Of a stretch of 64,000 nt of DNA, positions 28,201 to 39,228 are shown in pieces. Position numbers and translations under genes: made by a program. Source of the stretch: Phoronis australis. Its lineage: Eukaryota > Animalia > Phoronida. The notes under the pieces are model-generated. The model made no database searches. It worked only from the letters and a program-made list of their open reading frames with translations, and was not told the origin of the DNA. Positions within the stretch are counted from its first letter, which is position 1. Each line of letters begins with the position of its first letter. The stretch is from contig NMRA01000338.1 of NCBI GenBank assembly GCA_002633005.1, forward strand, positions 223,575 through 287,574. The letters are read 5' to 3'.

Positions 28201-31200
28201 CAGCTAGATGTCAAATTGGAGTCTCAGACGCCCCCTGTCAGGAGTAATCCATCTGAGACAATGTAAAATTTCAACGTCTGTAACTAGGTATTTCGCTCTC
28301 CTAAAACACCAATATTTTTTCCACGACAGGACATTGTGCTTTCTTAACGGTGATTTGCTTGACCCGCGCAAGCCTGCAAATGTTAAGGGAGAATACGTGT
28401 CACCCCTTCCAATTAGAAAAGTTTTCCTTGTTCTGCCCGTAATATGAACTAGCATGCATCAGCTTCCAGCGAGAGATGCCTCTGTTTCATCCGACTCCAA
28501 CGTACTGCGTTACTGCTCGTTTTGGGCATTGTCGCATTATGACGGGCATCTTTATCATCTTGATCAACGATAAACTCGCCAGAGTGTGTGGTAAGGTCAT
28601 GGGTACGTATGAAACTGGTACCAGTCAGGCACTTGTCTTTCTAGTCATAAATGAGCCATTTCGACTTCCCGTAACGATGCCTCCTGGGTTCAGATGAGTT
28701 GGTACGCAAAACCAGTAAACAGTTTTAGTCTGTCATGGGAGGATCTTCTCAACTCGATACGGGACATCCACGTAGAACGTCATATTTCTGTTTCCGATGT
28801 ATCCTACAATAATATCTCGTGATGTCAAGCTGGGTGGTGAGATTTCTTTGATCAACTCTCCTTTCGCGTTTACAAATAAAAAAACATGAAGGTCAACACG
28901 ATACATGGCGTAACATGAGTCGGATTTTCCTTGAAGAGCGCTCACCTTTGAGTCACTGTCTGTAATATTCTTCAGTTAGAAAATAACCTTGATAACAATA
29001 TCAATAAAGTCTAAGGCAGCACAATACACTGTAACAACAAGTGATATCCAAACGTTTAAGATGGAGTAATGACTGCTGCTATTGGCTCCAATAAGGGAGA
29101 GAGTGGCCAGGGAGTGGTGTATCCCACTCTGTGGTCCTGTTCATACGCACCACAAGAATACATGTAGCTTTCCTTGAATGACCCGACTGGAGCTATCAAC
29201 TCCATTGTGTTGAAGAGCCGGTTCACGGTACGGAAGATCGTCGGTAGAAGCCATCTTATGGGGGCGCAGTTGTCCACCTGCAAGAAGTGCAGTTTGAGCT
29301 ACCTTGACTAAACTAATAGCTTCTTCGGCAACCGACTACCAGCAATACCTGTGCAGAATATCAAGTAGAATGCTTGTGAAGTCAGGACGGGTCAAGAGGA
29401 TATCATTTAGAGAGACGCAATCAAATATAAGAGAAGGATAACATACAGCTCTTAGTTGGTCAGGCTTCTTTGTATGATAAACTATAATAATTGCAGGCGG
29501 TTTGGTATACGTTGTACCAGACGTTTGCAGGCCGCGCATGTGGGTCGATTGCAATGAGCACCTGGAACAATTTCCATGCTTTATTTATATACAGTTGAAA
29601 CGGAGCTGAGGAGATAGAAACGTGACTCATGGGTATCGCGGTATGCCCTAGTGGGACTCACGCCCACGATCTCGAGTAAAGAGAGCGTATACTTATCACA
29701 CTAAGACACTCTGAGTGGTGAGTAGCTTCAGTGTGTCAGGAAATCACAGTGTTCCTGCTTTCTAGGATCTTTGTGGAAGCTGTCATCGAGAGGACTTGAC
29801 AATGTGCCTGACCTGTTGTTTAGAAGTTTTGGTAGCACCGTCTTAAAGGGGAGATTTGCTACAAACTCACCGTCTTCGTCATTACCATAACCAATGCTAA
29901 ATGAAGTTATATATATAGGATAGACCACTCAAGCGAATGACGCTAGTGGTATACCCTATATTTATATAGGATAGACCGATTAATGAATTTGCAAGTGTGG
30001 CATTGTCTGGGAAATACCTTACTAAGTATTCAATTGAAGTCCTTTTTTCGAAGCTCATTTATTTGAGAAAAGCTCATTTCAAATGAGAAGGTGTTAGTAA
30101 CTCAGGACTTTGAAAAGGTTTTGAATGCACTCGCCTTTCTTGGTTGTCTCGAAAGTACCAACAACAAGTGCTTATTCGTATGGTTGAGTTCCCTAATAAC
30201 CCACAATGAACGTCAGTTCTCTGTTGTACTTTACGATCAGGATAGACCTAATACATCTTAAATTTGCATTAAACTCGTGCTTTTTGTCATGATTTTGATT
30301 ACGCCACTTACTGTTATGATATTGGTCTTAAAGTGCTCCTTAGTCAACCTAAGTGTGATTTCTGGGCAAATGCTTTTTAGATCAACATTGGTCTGAGAAA
30401 AACTAATCAATTATCAGTCCTGCTGGTGCTTATATATCACTTCAAAACTAAGTAAAGAACAAGACAAAATCAATTTTGTAGCGGTAATATGCTTAAATTG
30501 AAACTTGAATTTGGCAGAAAGCACTGAAATTTTAAAGTAGACTTTGTAGGTTGTTTAGATCAAGAGGTATTTAAACATCCCCGACTGATATAATGCTCCG
30601 CTGCTTCTAGGTTAATTTGTAACCATTGTTATTGTGTGTTTTATATTTTACAACCAGTACTCATCACTGCCAATCAGATTATGCCGCGCTGTACGATTCT
30701 ATGTGGAGAATTCCTCAGGCCGTGTCCTTGGCAACATTACAAATTGCTTAGTATTTGACAACCCAGTACAACGGTTACGAGTTTCCAACCAGGACTAATG
30801 CTGCATGTTGTAGTTTAAATCATCTGCCTTAATTCTTGTTAAGACGTTCAAAATATAGAAAAGAAAACTTAAGCCGAACATTGGAGTTTGCTTACTTGAG
30901 TCTCTCGCGGATTTCAGTTTGGCTAGTGGTGTTACTTTCGTTCTGGCCAATAGGTGTTGTCTTAACCAGACGACGCAGCATCGAGGCCAGGGCACTATCA
31001 TTTACGTGTGACGGTTGGCACCTTAGTCCACCTTGTTTGTTCAGAGAGAGGCGCTCGATGCGCTCGTGCAGAGCTTCTTTGACACCCCTTCTGAACCAAT
31101 TTTCCTCACAGTCTAGGATAGTGACATCAATTCATCAGCATCAAAATCATGTCCGGTGGCACGTAAGTGGTTTGGTAGAAGGGAATACTTGTATTTGATT

Positions 31201-34200
31201 ATTTCTTGTTCTTCCAGTTTCAATATTACCGTGGAAGTAAGAACATTCTATCCCAGCGGCCTAATCACGTGGCTCTCAAACAAGGATCAAACGCACTTTT
31301 TGAGTGCCAGACTGTCTGGTAGTATTCCGGTTCTGGTTTACGACAACCGCAAAGGTGATATTGTCACCATTAAAAGTGACGTCGACGTAACTGATGGAAA
31401 ATGGCATTCAGTAAGTTGCTGTTTCTCGGGCGCTAGCAAAGTAGCTCCGTATTTCTAATCGAGAAAAATGATGACATGGTTCTTTCATTATATGCAGTAC
31501 AGTTGTATTGTTAGTTTATTAAGGCAGGTTGAAAAGAGCAGGATCAAAGTTGCTCAACCATAGTTGCAGCAGTCAACGACTGAACATAACGTAAATGTCT
31601 TGAGCATATTCCATATATATTGTGAGCGAATCGTAAAGTTCTTATTCATCAATCCACAATGTTTCATGACTTTGCGTTTGTCGAAACGTAGCCCTGAAAT
31701 ACACGAACTGTACCTCAGACAAATCAGTTCCAAAGTTAACTATTGCTAACTTTTTTCATTCTGAATTTTGACAATTTAAGGTTGTAATTCGAAAATTGGA
31801 GAAGACGATAAGCTTCTATGTTGATGGCTACCTTGTCGGTAATAACAGGATTGCCAGAACTCTCCGAGTTGTCTTGCCGATGTACGTTGGCGGTCTACCT
31901 AGGGAACACGATCTCAGAAAGGAACTGGTAAGGGACAGCGTATCAAATTGAGTATTACAAACAGCCAACAATATTACTTTATGCATGTGGTCGGACACCT
32001 TCGGCATTGAGTCAATTCAATATAGTTATTTACCGCGAAGTTAACAACTTCTTAATTGGCAAAATTGGAACATCCAGGCAATGTTGTTTGTGGTGGCTAT
32101 GTTATCTTAAGGAAGCTAACACAACATTTATAAATTGTACTGTAATGGATAGTTCCGACAAACGCATTTGGTCCTCTCTTACCGCAATTACCGTCGCGAA
32201 TACCCATAAGCGCACAGCAAATATTGCAGAAGTCCCCCGCTGGGGTACTACAATAGATTCCTTTCGACGAGTTCCAGACGATATATTTTACTGAAACTCT
32301 TATTGCATATGGAGCCACACAATCACAGAGGTCCTGAGAGAAAAGTATCTAGGAATCCTAGGCTCTTAGTCTATTGATGGATTACTAACCCAGTGAAATC
32401 GACCAGACTTCATTCAGATCTATTCAAAGAGCAAGGTAACGCGGTTGTTATGTACTGTACGAACGCTGAGGTGCTCCGGTAAACTGTTCTCTAGCATAAC
32501 TGATTATGAGGAAAACTGTCTTCACGCGATAGGGCAGCGTAAAGTTTGGTTGGTGGCCACTGTTAATCTGGTACTGGGAACAAAACTCAACGACGACTGA
32601 GTCTTGGGTTGTCAGCAAGGTTACACGTGTACAAGTCATTTGGGCTGCCAACGACATATGTTTGACAAATTTTGCCTTATTCTCAGAAGATACCAGAAAA
32701 AATCGAAAATAACCCAGTGAATTTATTTCACTTTGAAGTTGCTTATTCAGTCTGCGTATATACCTGGACTTAACTTTAGGTCATCGTGACATCTTCCCGC
32801 AAAATTGTTATTTTTACTGTAAGCCCTGTTCGATTTCGTGCTCTTCATTTCGGTGATCTCCACCATAACTGTCGCAAATCCATCGAAAACATCTTTCGGC
32901 TTTCGTTGAGAATAAAATGTGTGTAGGACTAAAATCGTTGTGTTAACATTTTTCCTCACCCTAATTGGCTAATAGTAATGCCCTGACTGACATGTCGAAA
33001 CTACTAGTTGTTACACGCAGGCCGTGTTTTGATAGGGTATTCAACGATTTCGAGGGAGCATGGCTAACTTCACTTTGAACGATGACGTCATCAATCTTGC
33101 CAATTCTGGCCAGGTGCAAGGGATTACCAGGTGCTACTCTTTTGTGGAGAAGGGCATGTTCTTGTCAAGGAGCTCTTACATCATATACGGTAGGCTAACA
33201 TACATTTCACTACAAAGTAGTTTTTTTGAAAAAATTGGGATGCCAATCAGTTGTCCAAGCATTGCTACTGTGCCGATTGCTACGACTCAGAAAATATCCA
33301 TTCGTTTAGTAATTGTATTATTCACAGATATGATGTTTGATTCCGGTCCTTATAACGACGATCACTAGGTGTACACAGACACGTAGCATATCTGTATATA
33401 TCCCTACGGCGGCCAACACTTAGGAAACACGCTGGATTTTTTTAACAAATGCACCACGTGTTTATCACTTGATACCTACTAAATGTTCGTTTAGTCAAAG
33501 TGCCGCGACTGAGAAACAGAGCCGAGTGTCCCCATGGCAATGAAAGGGTTAAAGTTGGGGAACAAGCTAAACTATACCTCAATGTACTGAACAGTCTACG
33601 TTTTATGCGACTCTATCTGACTTGTAGCAAATTGAGTGTCACATAGATATTTGAACTATCTTTTTGGGGAGTTCAAAGCCGGCCGCCGTGCAACGTCCAG
33701 TTTGAAGAACCAAATGCGAACTCAGATTGCCGGTGTTTGTCGACTTTAGCCGAACAGGCTTCACTTTACACATGCAACTTCAGTTTGCCAGTTGTCGACT
33801 CCAGTCCATCAGGTTTTACTCGTCAAACCTGACTTCAAAGTTCAATTGTTCAACTAGCCACACGTTACCTCATTCTCCAAGATTTTCTACCTTTTGCTGA
33901 AACTGTTAGGCACGAAAGCATAACTTTTTACTGGAATACGATGCCATGAAATATTGACGTCAGGCCTATAAAATCTATTCCGAATTCCATGACTTAGCGT
34001 TTCATTGCTCTTCCGACTTTTAGACTCCGAATTTCCACCGCTGGTTTGTTATCAGTTAGTAGTTCCATTGACCGATATTTTATCAATCTTATTTGAAACA
34101 CTAACTAACCAAAATCAAAACAATAACCTCGACCCAGGTCCTAATCTCCGAATTCAGACTGGACTCAGATTCCTCAAAATGTAACCAATCACGCGGCAAG

Positions 34201-37200
34201 ATTAGAGAACAAATTTGTAATTTACTCTAAGCGCGTCCTGCTATTGGTCAATTTTCAAGTCGAGTTTCAAGTTCAGAGAGATGGTTGCAGTTGTAATCAG
34301 GATCATCATGCTATGTGCTCACGATTTGCAGACTGGAACTTTGTCGTGGGATCAAACAGGTCTTTTGATTTCGAAATCAGGACAACCAAACCAAACGGGT
34401 TGCTGGTTGGCATCAGTGGAAGGCGAGGGAGACCTTCGCTGACTGTTGAGCTCGTTAGTGGCCAGGTGAGACGTGACACGTGGTTCTTGGAGATTATATA
34501 CAAAAGTGCCATCTTGTTGCTAGATACATGCGTAGATTGACAACCACACACTTCAGAAGAAAAAGGTAAAACAAACTGCAACACTTTTGGCGATCAAGAT
34601 CATAACTGAATGATCCTATGATTCTGGAACACATGAGGCTACAATGTAAAAGGGTTGGTTTCAAATATTTTAATCCTTCCTTTTTCCCGTCTTGTTATAT
34701 CACATATACAAACTAATAATATGTATTGACCAACTCAGAATCAGTTCACAGTCATTTTTCTATTTAACAAATTACTTGATATTTACTACGTGTTAATGAG
34801 TCGCGAAGCATCTTTAACCCATTTTTTGTCAACGTTGTCACCGCGACTGTAACCACGACATTCAAATGCAGTGTGTGCAGTATACAAAACAAGGCGCAAT
34901 GTTTAAATGTTGAGAGTTTCATGGAAAAACAATATTTGAAATAAACATTTTGCAGGTGCGACTTGGTGTTGCGACTAAACAAGGCGTCGTTGTATCGGTC
35001 ACTACCAATTTGACGAATTCCTATTTCATGTGTACCAATAGATGGCGACATGTACGAGCATTAATTAGGAATGGACGATTGTCTGTGACAGTTGGTGGTA
35101 AACAGTGGGAAACGGTCTTTGTTGGAAATGTTGGAACAAAGAACGCAATGGTGGTTGGAGGTTTTCCACGTAAGTCTCACAATCATTGTAGTGTAGATAA
35201 GTGGCATTTGAAAGCTTGGGACCGTGGGACTATGATTGGGACCATGGGACCATGGTTTTGCTGAAAACAGCCTTCTGCCAAAAAGCTACCACTTATCCTT
35301 CCGACCTGCTGGAAATTGAGGTGATTTCTGGCCTTGGACAGAAATGACACTTCGCAATTGTTTGAGACAATAAGTTGGTATTGGCTCGCTTGCTTATTGT
35401 AATTGCACAGTAGCGAACTGCCACTCTTTTTTAAGTCCACTTACCACTTCTGATGTAAGAAAGAGGGTGGGTTCTTGGCAACTTAAAGTATATGAAATAT
35501 GAATGAAATCCATTGATATCCTTTTTTACATGACACGTGCAGACGCTCATGTAACTCCTCGACGTTCAATCTCTTAAATATTAGCCACAGAGTTCGATTT
35601 TACCATCTGCAGCTTTCCAATGCGACCTGAGAATTTTTGGCGATCGGGTAAAAATCGCAATTGACCACGAAGTCGTCATGGACACTTAGAGAACGCGCCT
35701 AAAATACTGGAGATAAGAATTGTTCGAAAAAACCGTAAGGGCCCGTCCTTTACGCATGCTCAGACAATGAGCTCAGATCGCCTGCTTCTTCCATAGGTGG
35801 GTGACGAGCCTGGTTGTAATTTTGGGTCTAATGGAAAATTTGATCGTCATCTAGCTGGCATTATAGTCCGTTCCACACAAAACGTCGCCTGGGCGATTTT
35901 GAATATTCAGGCGGACATTTGTCTAGTTGTCGCGGTTTTTTCGATTTCAGCTATACGTTGTTTGTGGAAGCCTAGGCTTTCATGCCCCCGAAAGCCAGGT
36001 TTCCTTGTTTCGAAGAGCCCATTTCCCATTTGGCGACCTTGGAATTTTGTCAGGTCGTATTTGGAGAGTTGACGTTATGCTAAACGCTGAGACGTGGTTA
36101 ACTCTTTGGTGCCTTTTGGTTTTCTATCGAATTATTTAATGTGAAGTTAATCCTTAACGAAATGCTTAATTTCTGACTTCTTTCTCTCTCAGCATGGCAG
36201 CGGTCAAAAGGAGCGGCGATAACATGGGAAAATTTCGAAGGTTGTTTCCGCAACTTCCGGTTGGATAGTCGTCTGGTTGACTGGTACAATGTATCTCAGG
36301 TCGTCGACGCTCATCTCAGCGCGTGCCCGATGACGTAAAAGGAGGGTCCTTTAAAGGAACATTTTACCACTTTTAACAGCCTTTTTATTTACACTCGCGG
36401 TAAACGAGTCTTTGGAGGTTACCTGCGGACCACGTGATGTGCCGGTAAATCGGTGAATTGAAATTTGTTGAAACTTCATTTTGGCATTAAAACGGTAGTG
36501 ACTGAAGGTTTTTGCGTGGCAACCGTTATGGTACCATATTGAGTTCCTGGTAAGCTTTGTAAATAATTGTATCGCGCTGGGACGATGTTTCACACTTTCG
36601 GAAGGATTTGGCAGTACTCCACCAGTGGTTGGCTAATGTCTGGCACACTCCGATTTTGTTGGATCGCTTGCACTCGAGAAGTTGTTCATCTAGAATGTAG
36701 AACATCGACGAATTTCCTCTTGTTTATCAAACAGCACCTTAGACTTCTGGATCTGGATATCACGGTGTTTTTGTTTGTTTGATTTTTCAACTTTCTTACA
36801 TCGCACTTTTCAACACTTGCGCAGCTAGAAATCTAAATATATATTGACAGTTTAAGTCTTGCAAAGCTGCGTTTCTCCAATATCCATTCTCCAGCTGAAA
36901 GGAGTCTGTAAATTAATCTGAGTTACACTCCGCGAGCCAGAAGGTAACCCAACTCATGTATGTGCATCACCGGGGGTGCCATTGCAGCTTCGGGTGTAGC
37001 GTTTCGTTTTTTTGGATTCCGCCGTCAAGTTAGCGAGTTCCAAAACCGAACGCAGCTTCGAAGCCCATAATATTAATGATCTGCGAAGGAATGTTTTTCG
37101 GAGATCGGAACTGTGTCAAGCGATTGATGATTGTTCAGTTTCCTCGCTCTCTTCTCTTACCCATTCCCTACTTCCCTGCTGTTGTTGCTTCGTGTATGTC

Positions 37201-37772
37201 CTGGAATTCTTCATTTTGTTCGAGGACCCGTTAGCGCCGCCAGAACATCAGACTTAAATTTAGAGCCAGAAGCACCGGAGAACCGCTTATCGAGAACGCT
37301 GAAGTGGTCACGTTGCCGCTCAAAACCAGCCTGGAATAAATCTGTTTTTTGCCATACAACATTCATTTACATGGGCGGCGCACCATAGGGGGCTGGGGGG
37401 CTATAGTCCGCACTTTTTTCAGTGCTACGCCGCACATGATTTAAAACAAGTGAAAAACGTTTAGATGTGCGTACGTGGAACAATGGGTTGGCATTATATG
37501 CAATAGATACTAAATGCGAAAAATTAACTACATATTATGGGAAACCACAAGGCATTCAAGACTATAATTAAGGTGTTAGTTTGTACACACTAATGCTTCA
37601 TAAACGTGAAAGATGCAAGTTTTATTGGCCAGTAAATATAAAGTGCCGTTTGTAATCACGATTCCCTTGCTGTTATTTATGTACTCTGTCTTACACAGGA
37701 CAATCTCGTATGTTTGAGAACTCTTGTATCCGTGATGAAAACAAACTGTTCTCTTGTAATAGTGGTTATTAA
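10225..37772 (+). CDS. Laminin alpha-like chain, short-arm-less, three LG domains (multi-exon gene, ~1080 aa modelled)
   Basis: Phase-consistent exon chain: signal peptide, Cys pair DCANHC, ~515 aa coiled coil ending LKQNIETARALANR-IKLSMSTDGTCMREYR (laminin alpha domain II/LG1 junction), LG1 ending FTGCISDVVVSGKSLGLFNF...CGGC, Thr-rich hinge, LG4, LG5. The last exon is uncertain. Confidence 0.85.
10730..10890 (+). CDS. Laminin alpha-like exon: start of coiled coil
   Basis: ETEIDCANHCVAHLIHS...AWDTLNRISLELRATR|gtgagt; alternative in-frame AG at 10735. Confidence 0.8.
13370..13729. other. Assembly gap (N run)
   Basis: Run of n bases inside a laminin intron. Confidence 0.99.
14152..14244 (+). 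CDS. Laminin alpha-like exon (coiled coil)
   Basis: tttcaag|NAVDVTKEKRRAQHLDDARRLNIGAKTGVEK|gtaagt, phase 0/0. Confidence 0.75.
14610..14721 (+). CDS. Laminin alpha-like exon (coiled coil)
   Basis: tttag|SSKILKYSVRALDSTVATIHAIYAEELRAADLLRSLR g|gtaagt. Confidence 0.75.
15028..15184 (+). CDS. Laminin alpha-like exon (coiled coil)
   Basis: EIVGEVGAKV...TVEDEY; donor either after 15184 (gttagc) or after 15202 (gtctgg), both phase 2. Confidence 0.7.
15896..16094 (+). CDS. Laminin alpha-like exon (coiled coil)
   Basis: cgcag|..LSSIYVEKAL...IKDIELRLEDML...LTPFQ|gtaacc. Confidence 0.78.
16696..16853 (+). CDS. Laminin alpha-like exon (coiled coil)
   Basis: ttcag|EIMHLYRKLKRHL...RARIHVDKLKESAQNMN gc|gtaagc. 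Confidence 0.78.
18015..18150 (+). CDS. Laminin alpha-like exon (coiled coil)
   Basis: LLRENSDVKTALEAVAIYGVIRDTILDARESAARAVSYALAALYK|gtgaga; fits the alpha-chain A..A..AY..I...I..A pattern. Confidence 0.82.
18664..18754 (+). CDS. Laminin alpha-like exon (coiled coil)
   Basis: ttgcag|NKENIRTYVQSSERSVSQELAVDMSEANRT g|gttggt. Confidence 0.68.
20335..20451 (+). CDS. Laminin alpha-like exon (coiled coil)
   Basis: tttcag|..EVIEYAEQKSREIRRMHEEAKHMTSDATDLVAQLLRTK a|gttagt. Confidence 0.75.
20702..20869 (+). CDS. Laminin alpha-like exon (Lys-rich)
   Basis: KKLKTKKIDRKTKKVNKKLNRIRKFDELVNKAV...ITVD g|gtaaaa. Confidence 0.72.
21145..21302 (+). CDS. Laminin alpha-like exon (end of domain II)
   Basis: HSSLKERTEQLVNLSDRLL...LKQNIETARALANR|gtaaag. 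Confidence 0.88.
21962..22105 (+). CDS. Laminin alpha-like exon (LG1 start)
   Basis: IKLSMSTDGTCMREYRV...IFRLSEHDGI; probable GC donor gcaagt at 22106. Confidence 0.8.
23040..23176 (+). CDS. Laminin alpha-like exon (LG1)
   Basis: tgcag|LSNAFIVDVDEAKVRLSWGPKG...AEWNQVKVD ag|gtaata. Confidence 0.82.
23487..23604 (+). CDS. Laminin alpha-like exon (LG1)
   Basis: TLDKIVLTVTSRG...TTVVIGG|gtatgg. Confidence 0.82.
23851..23975 (+). CDS. Laminin alpha-like exon (LG1 end)
   Basis: NGDISSVSPFTGCISDVVVSGKSLGLFNFIRSIGNCGGCQH gg|gtaaga. Confidence 0.88.
24886..24943 (+). CDS. Laminin alpha-like exon (Thr-rich hinge)
   Basis: aatag|g VDSSSVFVPLTTTRPTTTA|gtaagg; phase 2/0 links its neighbours. Confidence 0.7.
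25225..25626. mobile_element. PIF/Harbinger-like MITE with CTG target-site duplication
   Basis: ~45-bp TIRs ggtccgttctccaatctttttactcgaaac / gtttcgagtaaaaaagattagagaccgggcc; CTG on both flanks. Confidence 0.75.
26621..26760 (+). mobile_element. MITE family with 12-bp acgctaggacct units (internally deleted copy)
   Basis: Near-identical to 58232-58405 but with 2 units and a deletion in the right half. Confidence 0.8.
27130..27251 (+). CDS. Laminin alpha-like exon (hinge to LG4 start)
   Basis: EPTSCSTGLKYPREDRAVTFGDTHYSHSSVSTRKKGDLTK aa|gtaagc; C...A..FG....SH is typical of the LG4 start. Confidence 0.8.
27500..29930 (-). mobile_element. Decayed BEL/Pao LTR retrotransposon pol remnant
   Basis: Fragments: GEFVANLPFKTVLPKLLNN; VYHTKKPDQLRAV..SLNDILLTRPDFTSILLDILHRY (RT); IIVGYIGNRNMTFYVDVPYRVEKI (RNase H); SDCSNKFVG..APHSSYMSGE*ER (integrase). 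BEL domain order; many stops and frameshifts. Confidence 0.75.
29484..29700 (-). mobile_element. tRNA-derived SINE-like copy nested in the BEL remnant
   Basis: ~200-bp similarity to 52991-53200. Confidence 0.65.
31218..31410 (+). CDS. Laminin alpha-like exon (LG4)
   Basis: FNITVEVRTFYPSGLITWL...DVTDGKWHS|gtaagt; classic LG motifs. Confidence 0.92.
31781..31927 (+). CDS. Laminin alpha-like exon (LG4)
   Basis: VVIRKLEKTISFYVDG...PMYVGGLPREHDLRKEL|gtaagg. Confidence 0.9.
33036..33189 (+). CDS. Laminin alpha-like exon (LG4/LG5 junction)
   Basis: GIQRFRGSMANFTLN...QGITRCYSFVEKGMFLSRSSYIIY g|gtaggc. Confidence 0.85.
34332..34465 (+). CDS. Laminin alpha-like exon (LG5)
   Basis: WNFVVGSNRSFDFEIRTTKPNGLLVGISG...LTVELVSGQ|gtgaga. 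Confidence 0.92.
34956..35169 (+). CDS. Laminin alpha-like exon (LG5)
   Basis: VRLGVATKQG...MCTNRWRHVRA...MVVGGFP c|gtaagt. Confidence 0.9.
37699..37772 (+). CDS. Candidate terminal exon of laminin alpha-like gene
   Basis: ttacacag|RQSRMFENSCIRDENKLFSCNSGY*, in phase 1; SCIR resembles the LG GCIR motif. The ending is uncertain. Confidence 0.45.
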
Positions 37773-39228
37773 CCGGAATGAATGGAGTTGATATAAGGGG
37801 ATCTCGTGCAAAGATTCTGTATCACGAATGTGGTTTGTAAGCGTTCTAATGTTTGCATAGGTCGTGCATAACTTTCGCTGCCGTGTCAATACTTATGGTT
37901 AGCGACCAGTTAAGTCGGTACATGGATAGAACGTAGACCTTGCCTGGAACTCTCGATAATTTCCTACTCTCGAAGCATCTAACCTACATCAACAAACAGT
38001 AATAGATAGAGTTGGATTGAGAAATACACATTATTTGTCGTCTAAATAACTTTATTTGGAGCTGGATATACTGGATCTTCCACACCATCAAAACCCACAC
38101 AGTTTTGAAGAGAAAACATCCGGGTAAGTAAGAAAATCAATTGTTGCTATGAGATAGCTATACTTATCTACAAGTGTGCACATCTTATGTGCACTTGGTA
38201 ATTGACGTTAATCTGGATTTTTGCCTTTTGCCTAATCAACGGATTTGGCAGAAACAATACTGCAATTTTATGCCGTTCGGCAATCGATTGAATATTTTGC
38301 AACTTGACCTCACAAACATGTGTAGCTATGCCCCAAACGGTACCGAGGAGCCTCTAAGCTACGACTTTAAAGTTCCGTGGTTCGTGATTCCAAACCTATC
38401 AGAAGACCGGTAAAGGGGCTTCCTGAATTACACCACGGCAAAAGTTGTCACGCCTACCTCCGCTTACTTCAGATCATCAACCGTTACTCAAAAACTACCA
38501 CCATTTCCTTCAGGTCGTCGCCGATTAACCTTTTTTCTCAGTATTTTAGACGGAAATTTAAGTATCGCCAAAAGAGAAGACCCAGCTGGTAGACTCATCA
38601 GCCACGTTGTATTTCATACGCTGGTATATGAAAATAGATAAACTTACATGGTTTGCTCCAGTTTGAAATTTAAAATTTTGAATTTGCCTGATCGTTGCTG
38701 AATGGGGACTTGATTATTTTACACAGGAGGAGCTACAAAGTAAACCCACCAACGAACAACTGTTTAAACGGACTCGTTGAAAGGAAACGGTTTTATTGAA
38801 ATTATTTTGCTACTTGTGAGTGATCTGTCGCTGACATGACAGTGTGTGTGCGGACCATGGCATTTGTTTTTTAGTCATTGTTGAGGTGTTAAAATCAGCT
38901 CGATTTTACATAGAGTGGATAAAACATCAGTTGCTCAACGGTATCTGACCAAGTACGTAGCCTAGTGTAACCTGTTTTCATATGTTTTTACTGACATGTC
39001 TTTAAAGCGCTTAAGATCACCAACTTTATATCAAAAACACAAAAAACAACCCCACCAGCCAATCGACCGTCAAATTAGAACATCTGCAAATACTATCTGA
39101 CTATATGTTAATTATGCGAATTATCTTATCTCGAGTTTATTGGTCGATGCATTCTACGTAAAACCGGGACAGCCAATCACAGCACTAGTCATCGACTCCA
39201 TTGTGTTAGTAGGAAAAGTCATCAAATA

